From: Octopus sinensis
Lineage: Eukaryota
Assembly (NCBI RefSeq): GCF_006345805.1
Contig: NW_021833364.1
Span: 1-31,754, forward strand
Reading direction: 5' to 3'
Length of the DNA: 31,754 nt
The translations under genes were made by a program, and so were the position numbers. Every line of letters begins with the position of its first letter. Position 1 is the stretch's first letter. Positions 9,005-19,456 of the stretch are shown one piece after another. Under the pieces are notes generated by a model. That model searched no databases. It saw only the letters and a list, made by a program, of their open reading frames with translations, and had not been told where the DNA came from.

Positions 9005-11427
9005 ACAATGGACGGACGCTAGTCATATCGGCTCCACGTAAGTTGGCTACTTTTACATGTTTAAAACTCCTTGTTGTCAAATATTTTGTTTTAATCGTGT
9101 GCAAGTTCATTCACTAAAAAACCTGAGAATATTCACGTAGAATCCGCCCCTGTATGGGAAATTACCAGAAACTTTCAAAACTTTCGTTGGTTTTTTAGCC
9201 ATTTTTCATTTTGAAAATGGCAACTAGAAACCACGTGGCTAGCCCGCCAGTCATGCAGAACGGTAGCGAAACACTATTGCTACCACTAGCTGCTAAACAT
9301 CGCAGCGTGAACACCGCTGTCACCACCATCACTACCACCACCACCAACAACAAAACTAACGTCGCATTCACTCTCGCCGCGACCAAAGACATTAACTTAG
9401 ATTTCCCCTCACTCCCTACACCACTTGTTGATGATAAAGGGACGGCTGGCTTCGGTCCCGTCTTCCGCGGCTGGATAGCCGCTTTGTACAGAGGCATCCG
9501 TTCGGTAATTCGCGTCAATGGACATCTATCGAGACCCTTCGACATCGCACGTTCGGTCCGTCAGGGATGCCCCCTCTCGTCGCTTCTATACGTATTGACT
9601 CTCGAGCCATTATTGCGGAAGCTGGCAACTTTGAGAGGCATCCCGCGAGAACTGGGATGCGGGACGAGCGTGTCTGCATACGCGGACGACGTCACCGTCA
9701 TAGTGTCTAGCCACGAGCACATCGAGCAGGTCGGCGAGACACTGAAAAACTACGAAGCGGTGACAGGAGCGAAAATCAACCGGGAAAAGTCAGTGGGCTT
9801 GCGACTAGGCACCTGGAGAAGCAAGCCCATGCCGTCCACCAGCGCCTCCGTCGTGGGACGCTGGACCGACGGCCCGGTTGAGTGCTCGGGGTCTGGTTTG
9901 GTCCGGACCTCCAAGTGGAGAAGAACTGGAACGAGATAACGAGTAGGGTGGTCACTCTCGCCCGGCAATGGGCCGAGAGGAAACTGTCCCTAAAAGGTCG
10001 GGCGGAGGGGCGAACACGTACATCGCGTCCGTCATCTACTACTACCGCCTGACCGTCGTACCTTGTCCCGACCCTACCATCACCAAACTACAACGCATTC
10101 TCTTTCGCTTCTTGTGGAAAGGATGCGTCCCGATGGTCAGGCGATCCATTTGCTGTCAACACCCGTTAAAAGGAGGGCTGGGCATGCCGTGGTTGATGAT
10201 GCGCAGACACGCGCTGAGACTGCGACATCTCTGGCTCTATGTAGACGACGGTGAACAGGTGGTCGCCGTTTGTGAGGCATGCTATCCCGCAGCTCGTCTC
10301 CATGACCGAACTGCAGTCGTGGATCAAAAAGAGGCCGAGGAAGGGCGAATGGCACCGCGAGAGTCGCGTTGCTCTCAAGCAACTCTGCCGTCCTGGGTCG
10401 ACCTTGAGTGACTTCAACACAACCAAAGCATTCTATAGGGGTTTAGTGGAGGGGAGGTACGACGACGAGCTCGGGGCGAACCTGGACGTCGACGAGGAGT
10501 ACCTGACCCGCCTGTTCAGGACGACTTTCGGGCCAGGGCACATGGACAACTTCCAGAGATCCCTGGCCTGGCGCTGTTACCGAGAAGCGCTACCCGTTCG
10601 GGATAAGCTCTACAGACACGGCTCGAGAAACACGGGGCCGACCTGCCCGAGATGCGGTCAGAGCGACGAAACCGTTCTGCACGCACTCGTGCAGTGTCCA
10701 ACAATTTCTGACCTGTGGGCTTGTGTCGAACAACTGCTGTCACGTGTGGGACGAGTCGGTTTATCAGCTGAGTCTATCGTCAATATTGTCACGCCTCCTT
10801 CCTTCAAACGGGAAGGAAGAGCTATTTTCATCATTCTTGTGGCTATGGCGAAAGAACGAATCTGGTGGACGCGTCTGAAAGGATTGGAGACAAACACTTT
10901 CCTCTCTGGTCAATCTCTCATCAACTTCTTCAAGCACCACTTGAAAAGGAAAGTGAGAGTAGAGAGGCAAGTTTTGTCTAGCGAATGTTTTAAAAAAAGA
11001 TGGGTGAATGTAGCAAGAATGACACGTATGAATGACGAAGCCACCTTGAGCATAATCCTATGAACCCAGAAATTGAAAACAGAGAGTTGCTTATTTGCAA
11101 AAAAAAAAAAAAAGAAATATAACAGTGACTTCATTGACCGAGGTTACCGTGGTCTTTTCCGTAGGCTTTTCTTTCCACGGGTAAACTCACCTGTCCTCCC
11201 CTTTACACTTCATATGACATTTCTGTGATAACGATCCCTATTGATCAATTTTTTTTTCCTCTCCCCCTTTTTTTTTTACCCCCCCCCCCTTTTTTTGTCC
11301 TCTTTCTCTCTTTTACGATCCCTTTTGATCGAAACTCCCCCTTCCTTTTTTTTTTAACTTCAAAAGAAAAGCTCTACCTTGTAATTTGTTCTATCTGTGT
11401 GCAGCCCTGTGTGGCTAATAAAGAAAC
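9005..11427 (+). mobile_element. L1/Tx1-clade LINE, apparently internally deleted (putative 5'UTR and ORF1 start fused to mid-RT; 3'UTR with AATAAA and (ATCT)n tail)
   Basis: RT and zinc-knuckle motifs are listed under the ORF feature. AATAAA at 11417-11422. (ATCT)n lies immediately 5' and 3'. Confidence 0.9.
9217..11063 (+). pseudogene. Frameshifted LINE ORF: T-rich N-terminus + reverse transcriptase (from mid-domain) + C-terminal CCHC
   Basis: AGFGPVFRGWI..SVRQGCPLSSLLYVLTLEPLLR..AYADD (9679-9690)..GAKINREKS..RKLSLKGRA..FLWKG..GGLGMP..CPRCGQSDETVLHALVQC. Three small deletions (about 9882, 10008, 10260) join ORFs 9211-9939, 9968-10411 and 10251-11063 with no in-frame stop. Confidence 0.9.
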
Positions 11428-11504
11428 ATATCTATCTATTTATCTATCTATCTATCAATCAATCTACCTCTCTATCTATCTATCTATCTATCTACCTACC
11501 TGTC

Positions 11505-11661
11505 TTTTTTTTATTTTATTCCCCCCCTTTTTTGTCCTCTTTCTTTCCCTTTACGATCCCTTTTGATCGAAAACCAAACCCCCTTTTTTACCCCCAAAAG
11601 AAAAGCTCTACCTTGTAATTTGTCCTGTCTGTGTGCAGCCCTGTGTGGCTAATAAAGAAAC
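11505..11661 (+). mobile_element. Second tandem Tx1-like 3' end, between (ATCT)n blocks
   Basis: Repeats 11280-11427 with several substitutions and ends gctaataaagaaac-(ATCT)n. Confidence 0.88.
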
Positions 11662-13611
11662 ATATCTATCTAGCTATCTATCTACCTACCTGTCTTTCCA
11701 TCTAGCTAGCTATCTAATTATCTATCTATCTACCTACCTATCTTCTCTCTATATATATATTCTATTTATCTATCTATCCGCCTATCTACCTATATGTGTA
11801 TGTATGTGTGTATTTGTGTGTGTGTCTGTATACATACATATACATATATACATTCGTATATAGATATAGATTTATGTGTGTATGTGTGTATAGACGTTAC
11901 ATTATATAGAGATCTATATAAACACACATAGATACATGTATGTGTGTAGGTGTGTATATGTGTTATAGTAACCTGTCTGGTATTATAAGTATTTAAGCAA
12001 GTCATGACGGGCCACAGAAAATTACGTATAAGGCATCAACCAGGTTAGATCATCATGAAAATCTTAGCCAGTAATACATGTGATCGTCACACCACTTAGT
12101 CATGACTGAAGAATATGTTAATCTCTTACTTAGTGCAAATAGTGAGAGCTCTGGATAGTTTTATTGATCTGCCATTATTTCGCAAAGCCCGTCATTAATA
12201 TACCTTAGTTTCTATACCGTAAGATGGCGAATATATTAGGACATCACGCTGAGATATTTATTTCAATATTATCACAGCGTGAGAACCACATCTACTCAAG
12301 TCAATAGGGTGTAGAACTCTCAGCAAAATGGGGTAAAAATAAATACTTAACTTGCCAAAGGCCACGTAGCAGTGAATAATTACGACAGATGGTGGAGATC
12401 AATTCTATAATGAGGGAACAGCACTGTAAAACAGCATTATGTATTGTTAGCTTACAATTTAGGGTTCAGATCACCCTGAGGGTATAGATTTGCACGAGAG
12501 CGACAGATTTTTTTTTCTACTTTTTTGCTATGCAAACATGAACTTAATGTATAGCATCGAAACGATCGCCATCACTAGTTATGCGATTCGTCTGATACAA
12601 CGTTATTTTATTATTATTTATAGTCAGAAACACATGGATATAGATTCCTCGTACAAATGCTAGTAGTATTTAGTTAAGGTATTTATAATCATTACAATTA
12701 TGGATGCATTGAAAATCAAAATGGCTTCCAGCTTTTCTCTTATGGATTTTTACATGAATACTCATAATTTTTTCTGTGATTAAATTTCTTTTCATGAATA
12801 AATAAGAGAAATAGGATTTATTTTCTCAAGATGTTCTCCTAAGACGAGATTTAGATGTTCTTTGGAATCGGATGAAATATTTTTTTTTGTTTTTACAGCC
12901 AAATGAAACCCTTGTAAACTATTCTACGGCATTTTAAAGGAAACTCAGTAAGTGAATAGTGCTTTTGTGAAAGTTATATCCATATTTAATTAAGAATTAC
13001 TAGACATTTCCTCTTTAAAGCTGGTACCATTTTAAAGCAATCTTCATTTCATAAATCGTATAATACGGTCATAAATTTATGTGTTTGTAATAAATTAGTC
13101 CAGTTAAAGAGGAAGTTTGTCTGCCCATTAGAAGGACGGCAAAATTGGTATTACCAAATAAGGATGCTTCTCAGCCTGAATTAAAATATTAAGCTTTACT
13201 GTACCTATCATTTTACTGTCTTCTAAAATCGTTTTTATAACTACTAGTGTGATGTTTATAGCCTAGCCAACTAAACTGATTTGATACATAAATGACTGGC
13301 ATTTCAGCAGCGCTTATTTTTCATACTAAATTTTAATATGAGTATACCTAAAGGTCTTCACCGTCCCCAATTTGTAATTTAAATGAATTTACTAGATACT
13401 TGAGACAGGCGTGTTTCATATCTAAGTAACCTCGCAGTGGACAGTAAAAATATGGCTTTAAGTATTCAAATACATTCATCAGGAAGTTGTTCCTCTTCGA
13501 CAGTGGTTCCAATAAATGCTTTGCCAAAGAATCCCTTGGATTTTTTTTATTATACTCCATTGGATCCCCGAATCCATTCAATGTTTTAAAAATACCCTGC
13601 TATATTTTTAT

Positions 13612-13899
13612 AAGGACAGACAAACGGATTAAGTCGATTACATCGACCCCAGTACGCAACTGGTACTTATTTAATCGACCCCGAAAGTATAAAAGGCAAA
13701 GTCAAACTCAGCGGAACATAAAGATAGACGAAATACCTATTTCTTTACTACCCACAAGGGGTTACACACAGAGAGGACAAACAAGGACAGACAAACGGAT
13801 TAAGCCGATTATATCGACTCCAGTACGTAACTGGTACTTATTTAATTGACCCCGAAAGGATGAAAGGCAAAGTCGACCTCGGCGAAATTTGAACTCAGA
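13612..13899 (-). mobile_element. SINE S2, head-to-tail dimer, 5'-truncated
   Basis: Two units of tctgagttcaaatt..gtcgactttgcctttcatcctttcggggtc..ataagtaccagt, joined at gaaataggtatttcgtc (about 13737). The central block resembles my recollection of the Meta/Sauria-type SINE domain (unverified). Confidence 0.85.
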
Positions 13900-14015
13900 T
13901 AAATTATGTACCAGTTGCGTCGATAAATTATATACCAGTTGCGTACTGGGTTGATCTAATTGACTGGACCCCCTTCCCCAAAATTTCGAGCCTTGTGCCT
14001 AGAGTAGAAAAGAAT
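13898..14015 (+). mobile_element. SINE S2 3' half in opposite orientation (alternative tail), with a small internal tandem duplication
   Basis: gataaattatgtaccagttgcgt occurs twice with variants, then actgggttgatctaattgactggacccccttccccaaaatttcgagccttgtgcctagagtagaaaagaat. Confidence 0.7.
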
Positions 14016-14046
14016 ATGTTGGTATTCACTAAAAGCAATTGCTACA

Positions 14047-14712
14047 CAATGGTTCCCAAGCGGTGTCCACATGGTCCTTGGGTGTGTATATATATAAGAT
14101 GTTATTGTTAAAGTTTACGTGGAATATACTGGTTCTGCATTTACAGTATACAAGATATTTTAACGTAGGTGCAGGAGTGGCTGTGTGGTAAGAAGTTTGC
14201 TTCCCAGCCACCTGGTTCCGGGTTCAGTCCTAATGCGTGGCACCTTGGGCAAGTGTTTTCTACTATAGCCTCGGGCCGACCAATGTCTTGTGCATGGATT
14301 TAGTAGATGGAAACTGAAAGAAGCCCATCGTATAGGTGTGTGTGTCTGTGTTTGTCTCCCTCCCCCACACAACCGATGTTGGTGTGCTTACGTCCCCCAT
14401 AACTTAGCGGTTCGGAAAAAGAGACCGATCATGGAATAAGTTCTAGACTTTCAAAGAATAAGTGTTGGGTTCGATTTGTTCGACTAAAGTCGGTGCTCCA
14501 GCATGGCCGTAGTCAAATAACTGAAACAAGTAAAAGAATAAAAGTTCCTTTTGTTTTGTTTTGTTTTTTTTGCAATTTCCATTAATATTTAATCATGAAA
14601 ATATCATAGGATTTTTTAAATATTGAATGAGCGGTTATGAGGGTTCTACCGAAAAAAAAAAGAAATCAAAGAAGGTCCATAGGTAACAAAAAAAAATGGG
14701 TGAGAATCATTG
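14047..14712. mobile_element. Probable hAT (Charlie-like) MITE interrupted by SINE S1
   Basis: Left end caatggttccca versus reverse complement of the right end caatgattctca (10/12), resembling CAGTGGTTC(T/C)CAA Charlie-type TIRs. No clean 8-bp TSD. Confidence 0.4.
14167..14544 (+). mobile_element. SINE S1 (full length)
   Basis: Same head, body and tail as 7799-8190. Confidence 0.9.
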
Positions 14713-14974
14713 CTCTGATATGTTGGAATTTTTCTCAGAACATTTCCTCAAACGAAATATTAACTGTTTTTTAAATTATACTGATAAGGAGGATCAAACA
14801 AATGAAAAAACAGTTAGGTTGTAGGAAGGAAAACAAGGTGACACCTGTAGGCAATCCAGCTCAACACTATACGTATCACCACCATCACGGTCTGAAAAAT
14901 CTTTACTCAATATATTGAACTGTACTTTAAAGCACTCCACCCGTTACTGTATTTCTTTCTTTCATTCCTTCTCT

Positions 14975-15017
<43 letters not shown>

Positions 15018-15299
15018 CTCCCTCCTTCCCTCTCTCATTGTATACATGCATAGATATATGCGTTAGCGTAGATATACCTACATAGCGTATCAATTGGGGG
15101 TAGACTCACCCACATTTATACATATGTGTGTGCGCGCGCGTGTATGTGTGTACGCATTTACGTAGGCCCATGTGTGTGTGTGTATACTCCAGATGTCTCG
15201 TGAAAAGGCATATTACATTACCTCAATATTTTAAAGCCACCTAATTATAGATCACACAATACGTGTATATACATGTTTAGTATATAATATATATATATA

Positions 15300-15524
15300 T
15301 ATACACATACAATATACTTGTATACATTCATACATACATATATACATACATATACACATACATACAAACATACAAACATACATACATATATACATATATA
15401 CATACATAGATATATACATACATACACACATACAATATACTTGTATACATACATACATATATACATACATATATACATACATTCATACATACATACAATA
15501 TACTTGTATGCATACATACATACA

Positions 15525-15558
<34 letters not shown>

Positions 15559-15565
15559 CATACGT
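15300..15565. repeat. (ATAC)n tract with a recurring acaatatacttgtat unit (three times)
   Basis: Directly visible at about 15309, 15432 and 15495. Confidence 0.9.
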
Positions 15566-15748
15566 ACGAGTATAGGCTTCTCCCTATGAAATATCGTATG
15601 GTTACAGCTGTTACAGTAACATCACACTTAAATGGGTTTCCTTAAGACATTTCTCGATAGTTTAGTTCAATATATCGAACGAACAGCAGTATGACAACAA
15701 CAACAACAACAACAATAACAACAACAACAACAGCAGCAGCAGCAGCAG

Positions 15749-15872
15749 TGGAGGCGTAATGGTTCAGTGGTTAGGGAAGCGGACTCGTGGTCGTAAGAAT
15801 GCGGTTTCGATTCCCAGACCGAGCATTGTGAGTGTTTATTGAGCAAAAACACTTAAGCTTCGCAAGGCTCCG
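15749..15872 (+). mobile_element. SINE S4 5' head (truncated)
   Basis: ggaggcgtaatggttcagtggttagggaagcggactcg...ggtttcgattcccagaccgagcattgtgagtgtttattgagcaaaaacac matches 31365-31480. Confidence 0.85.
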
Positions 15873-16312
15873 ATCAAAACAGAAAACATTGTATAAAGAG
15901 TTCAAGAAATAATAGATAAAATGTCCTGGCAAGTCAATCAGAGCTATTGCAAAGGACCTTAAGGTTTCAGAATACATCATCAGCAGAGCTGTGCAGGAGG
16001 ACATCCGGTACAAGTTATATGTGGTGCTGTGGGGCCAGTTTATGTCGTATGTAACTAGAGGGACTTGTTCGATCTGTATAAAGCACTTTACTCTTTTACT
16101 TGTTTCAGTCATTTGACTGCGGGCATGCTGGAGCACCACCTTTAGTCGAGCAACGAACCCCCGGGATTTCTTTGTAAGCCCAGTATATATCTATCGGTCT
16201 CTTTTTGCCGAACCGCTAAGTGACAGGGACGTAAACACATCAGCATCGGTTGTTAAGCAATGCTAGGGGACAAACACACATACACAAACACACAACACAC
16301 ACACACACACTC

Positions 16313-16372
<60 letters not shown>

Positions 16373-17244
16373 ATATATATACATACATATATACGACAGG
16401 CTTCTTTCAGTTTCCGTCTACCAAATCCACTCACAAGGCATTGGTCGGCCGGGGCTATAGCAGAAGACACTTGCCCAAGATGCCACGCAGTGGGACTGAA
16501 CCCGGATCCATGTGGTGGTTAGCAAGCTACTTACCACACTCCTGCCGCCTAAACAAGTTAAAACAATAAGAAGCTGGAATGCTTTTGTTTTTCTCAGATG
16601 AGAAGAACTTCGATCAGGGACCAAAATGTAAACCGAGAGAACGACAGATTGTTATGCAGGGACCCGAATTAGATTCCAACACATATGCATACTATGTTCC
16701 CAACAACTGTGATCGTCCCCGAGTCGTCGGCAACGAGGGAAATGTCATGCTTCCTCACTTTTTTTTACAGGGCTTCAGAGTCAAAGTCGATGTCCACACA
16801 GAGGTGTCGGAGAAACTCTTAGGACTTGGATAAACAGAGTAAGGAACGAAAGTCTGTAAATCTTCCAACATCACTCTGCGCCGTCTCATAAAACTAGGAC
16901 AAACCAAGCGTGGACGTTGCCATTCTCCATGAAGATGACCTCCTAATCCACCAGATCTCAGTCCTTTAGACTGTTACGTATCGGACGTAGTTGAGAGAGG
17001 TCAATCAACACTTTCGTAACACCATGCAATCTCTCAAGTCCGCTATAACAAGCACAAAATTAATAACGATCATCTGTCGACGCTTTCATCCCCGTATTGA
17101 TATGGTGGTTGATGCTCATGGTGGATTCATTGAATAGGTGTAAAAAAGGATTCTTAAGATTATTTGTGCTAATCTGTTTGCAAATGCAGCTCTGCGTCTT
17201 TTTCTAAATTCATACAAATGACCTCAAAAGACTGCCGCACTCTG
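15873..17244 (+). mobile_element. Decayed Tc1/mariner DNA transposon (motifs resemble the DD37D maT/mori group), split by SINE S1
   Basis: RVQEIIDKCPGKSIRAIAKDLKVSEYIISRAVQEDIRYK (HTH) / LNKLK..MLLFFSDEKNFDQ..VVGNEGNVMLPHFF..IFQHHSAPSHK..PPNPPDLSPLDCYV..GGFIE* (stop 17135-17137). Right end ctgccgcactctg|TA looks like a Tc1-type TIR. No left TIR found. Confidence 0.88.
16088..16550 (-). mobile_element. SINE S1 with an expanded internal (CA)/(TA)n tract, inserted into the transposase
   Basis: Homologous to 487-890; the transposase reading resumes at 16551 (aaacaagttaaaa = NKLK). Confidence 0.92.
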
Positions 17245-17523
17245 TATATTCAAGAAAATGTAGTCCTAGGTAATCCTAGACAAAAATGAATTGCTCATAG
17301 GATATTGCATTCTTGCGGTGGATCAGTTGATGTTAAGGAATAATAAAGCTACAGAAAATAGAAATATTATGGTATAGCATTGACAACGCTTCAGGTAATC
17401 TACGGCAACAAAACATCTATAAATATGAATCTATTGAAATCTTATCGAGAAAAGACGAGTAACAAAAATATTTCAAAATCGCAACAACAAACCTTAATAA
17501 AATCACAAAGCAGCAGTTATTTG

Positions 17524-17696
17524 TTTATATCTTTGCGTCGACAAAATGCATCACAAAAAACGTACACACACATACATACAAACACAAGCATACCCTAATA
17601 CACACATATTTATATACACATACATCAATGTACATACATAAAATACATCATAAATGTGCATGTGTATAATATATATATTATATACATATATATATA

Positions 17697-17734
<38 letters not shown>

Positions 17735-17737
17735 TAT

Positions 17738-17770
<33 letters not shown>

Positions 17771-18569
17771 ATTATATAATATATATATATATATATATAT
17801 TATATATTATATATATATTATATAAATATAGTGCAGGAGTAGCTGTGTGGTAAGCTTGCTTCCAGTATCCCAGAGTTCATTTTTTCTTATTTTGAGCAAC
17901 ACAGACGTTTTTCTTTCAACAAGTAGGCGCAGGAGTGGCTTTGCGGTAAGAAGCTTGATTCCTAACCATATGGTTCCGGGTTCAGTCCCACTACATGGCA
18001 CATTGGGCAAGTGCTTTCAACTATAGCCTCAGACTGACCAAAGCTTTGAGTGGATTTGTTTGACAGAAACTGAAAGAACTCCGTCGAAAATATATATATC
18101 CTCCAGATAAACTTTCTTAATTTTCCTTTAGCCGCCGCTGCATGGTTCCCAATTTCCAACTCCTTATCTATATCTTTCAAGCATTCCACCAACTCCTCCT
18201 CAGACGAAACGAATTCTGGGGAAGAACACCTTAACTTCTTATAACTCCTCGTTCGACGTTTCTCCAGCAACAAGAGGAAAAACGTCGCACAGGAAAAAAA
18301 AACACGCACAGCAAAGAAACGCGTCTGTGTTGCTCAAAATAAAAAAAACGAATTCTGGGATACTGGAAGCGAGCTTACCACACAGCCACTCCTGCACTAT
18401 ATATATATATATATTTATACACATTCACATTTATATATGTATTTATATGTATGTACATAGATGTATGTGTATATAAATATGTGTGTATGTGTGTAATAGA
18501 GTATGCTTGTGTTTGTATATATGTGTGTGTGCGTTTTGTTGATGCATTTTGTCGACGCAAAGATATAAA
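17524..18569. repeat. Inverted duplication: arms 17524-17916 and 18313-18569, spacer about 396 bp
   Basis: The outer 29 bp tttatatctttgcgtcgacaaaatgcatc is the exact reverse complement of gatgcattttgtcgacgcaaagatataaa. The inner segment (S1 head + agtatcccagagttc..gagcaacacagacg) is mirrored at 18313-18398. Confidence 0.92.
17924..18090 (+). mobile_element. SINE S1 5' half
   Basis: aggcgcaggagtggctttgcggtaag...gaaactgaaagaactccgtcg. Confidence 0.85.
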
Positions 18570-18689
18570 AATCGTCAAGAAAACCGATGAATCGGTGTTT
18601 TTTGAAAACAGCTAGCTTGTGTCGCACGTGTTCCTCTCTCTGTACGAAATGCTCTCCTAGTGCGAACCCTATCATAATTACAGTGAACC

Positions 18690-18992
18690 AGCACATGGCT
18701 TAGTGGCTCGTGCATTCGGCTCGCAACTGTAAGATAGTGAGTTCCATTCCCGGTGTTGAGCTGTGTCCTTGCTTTAGTCCACACTGCTACTAAAAATTAG
18801 TTGTAACTTACATTAAAAGATGCCACCATTTTCCCGCTCTGTGTCACGCTCGATCTTCTGAGAACTACATTAAGAGCACGAGTGTCTGTCACTTGCACGA
18901 GTGCTCAGTCACTTGCACGTTGATTTCAGGATCACGCTGTTCCGTTGATGATCGAATCACCTGGAACATTCTTCTTAATAACCGACAGTGTG
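18690..18992 (+). mobile_element. SINE S3 (diverged, with internal deletion and small tandem duplication)
   Basis: gcacatggcttagtggctcgtgcattcggctc...ctctgtgtcacgctcgatcttctgagaactacattaag...gctgttccgttgat matches the reverse complement of 30989-31307. Confidence 0.85.
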
Positions 18993-19062
18993 GTCAGGTA
19001 AAGGGAGCCAGCAATTGACCTGTTACAGACAACTGTGTAATTGTTTACAGAATGCTGTTTAA

Positions 19063-19277
19063 CCCTTTAGTGTTTAAACCGGCCATACCAGGCCAAAATT
19101 GTCTTCCAGTTATATGCTCAAACCAGCCAGCTCTGACTTCTCACACCTACAAAGTCATTCTAAAAATAAACAGGGACATCATCAAAACCCCAGAGTTACA
19201 AGATGCTGTACAATTAATTTAAAACAATGTGAATAAATAAGTATTACATTTGACAGAGTAATCTGAATGCTAAAGGG
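19063..19277. mobile_element. piggyBac-type MITE (215 bp)
   Basis: TTAA at 19059-19062 and 19278-19281; TIR ccctttagtgtt versus aatgctaaaggg (10/12). Confidence 0.85.
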
Positions 19278-19456
19278 TTAAGAAAGAATAAGTAAATATT
19301 TGACGAATACAAAAAATAAAAACAGAATGGCATTTACGTTGTGTGTAAGAGAGCGTTAAGAGTCAAATCTAGCCAAGATCTCAAATAATTACTTCAATTA
19401 CCAGCAAGAATATAATTGCCATTCCATATGAAATAACCATGGCCAGAAGTGTAACT

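Noticed and set aside
9440-9900. RT as retron, DGR, group II intron or LTR-type
   Set aside because: The QGCPLS, YADD, GGLG and C-terminal CCHC motifs, plus the AATAAA and simple-repeat tail, are non-LTR L1/Tx1 features.
9195-10970. Minus-strand ORFs over the LINE
   Set aside because: Antisense shadows of a GC-rich RT coding region.
13455-13490. Minus-strand CTGATGA (also at about 15975)
   Set aside because: No properly placed stem II plus GAAA; the second lies in transposase coding sequence.
13348-13581. 77-aa minus ORF and overlapping 62-codon plus frame
   Set aside because: No recognisable motif or convincing splice sites; consistent with chance.
18160-18215. Minus-strand CTGAGGA...GAAA hammerhead candidate
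   Set aside because: Stem II is weak and there is no stem I or stem III pairing.
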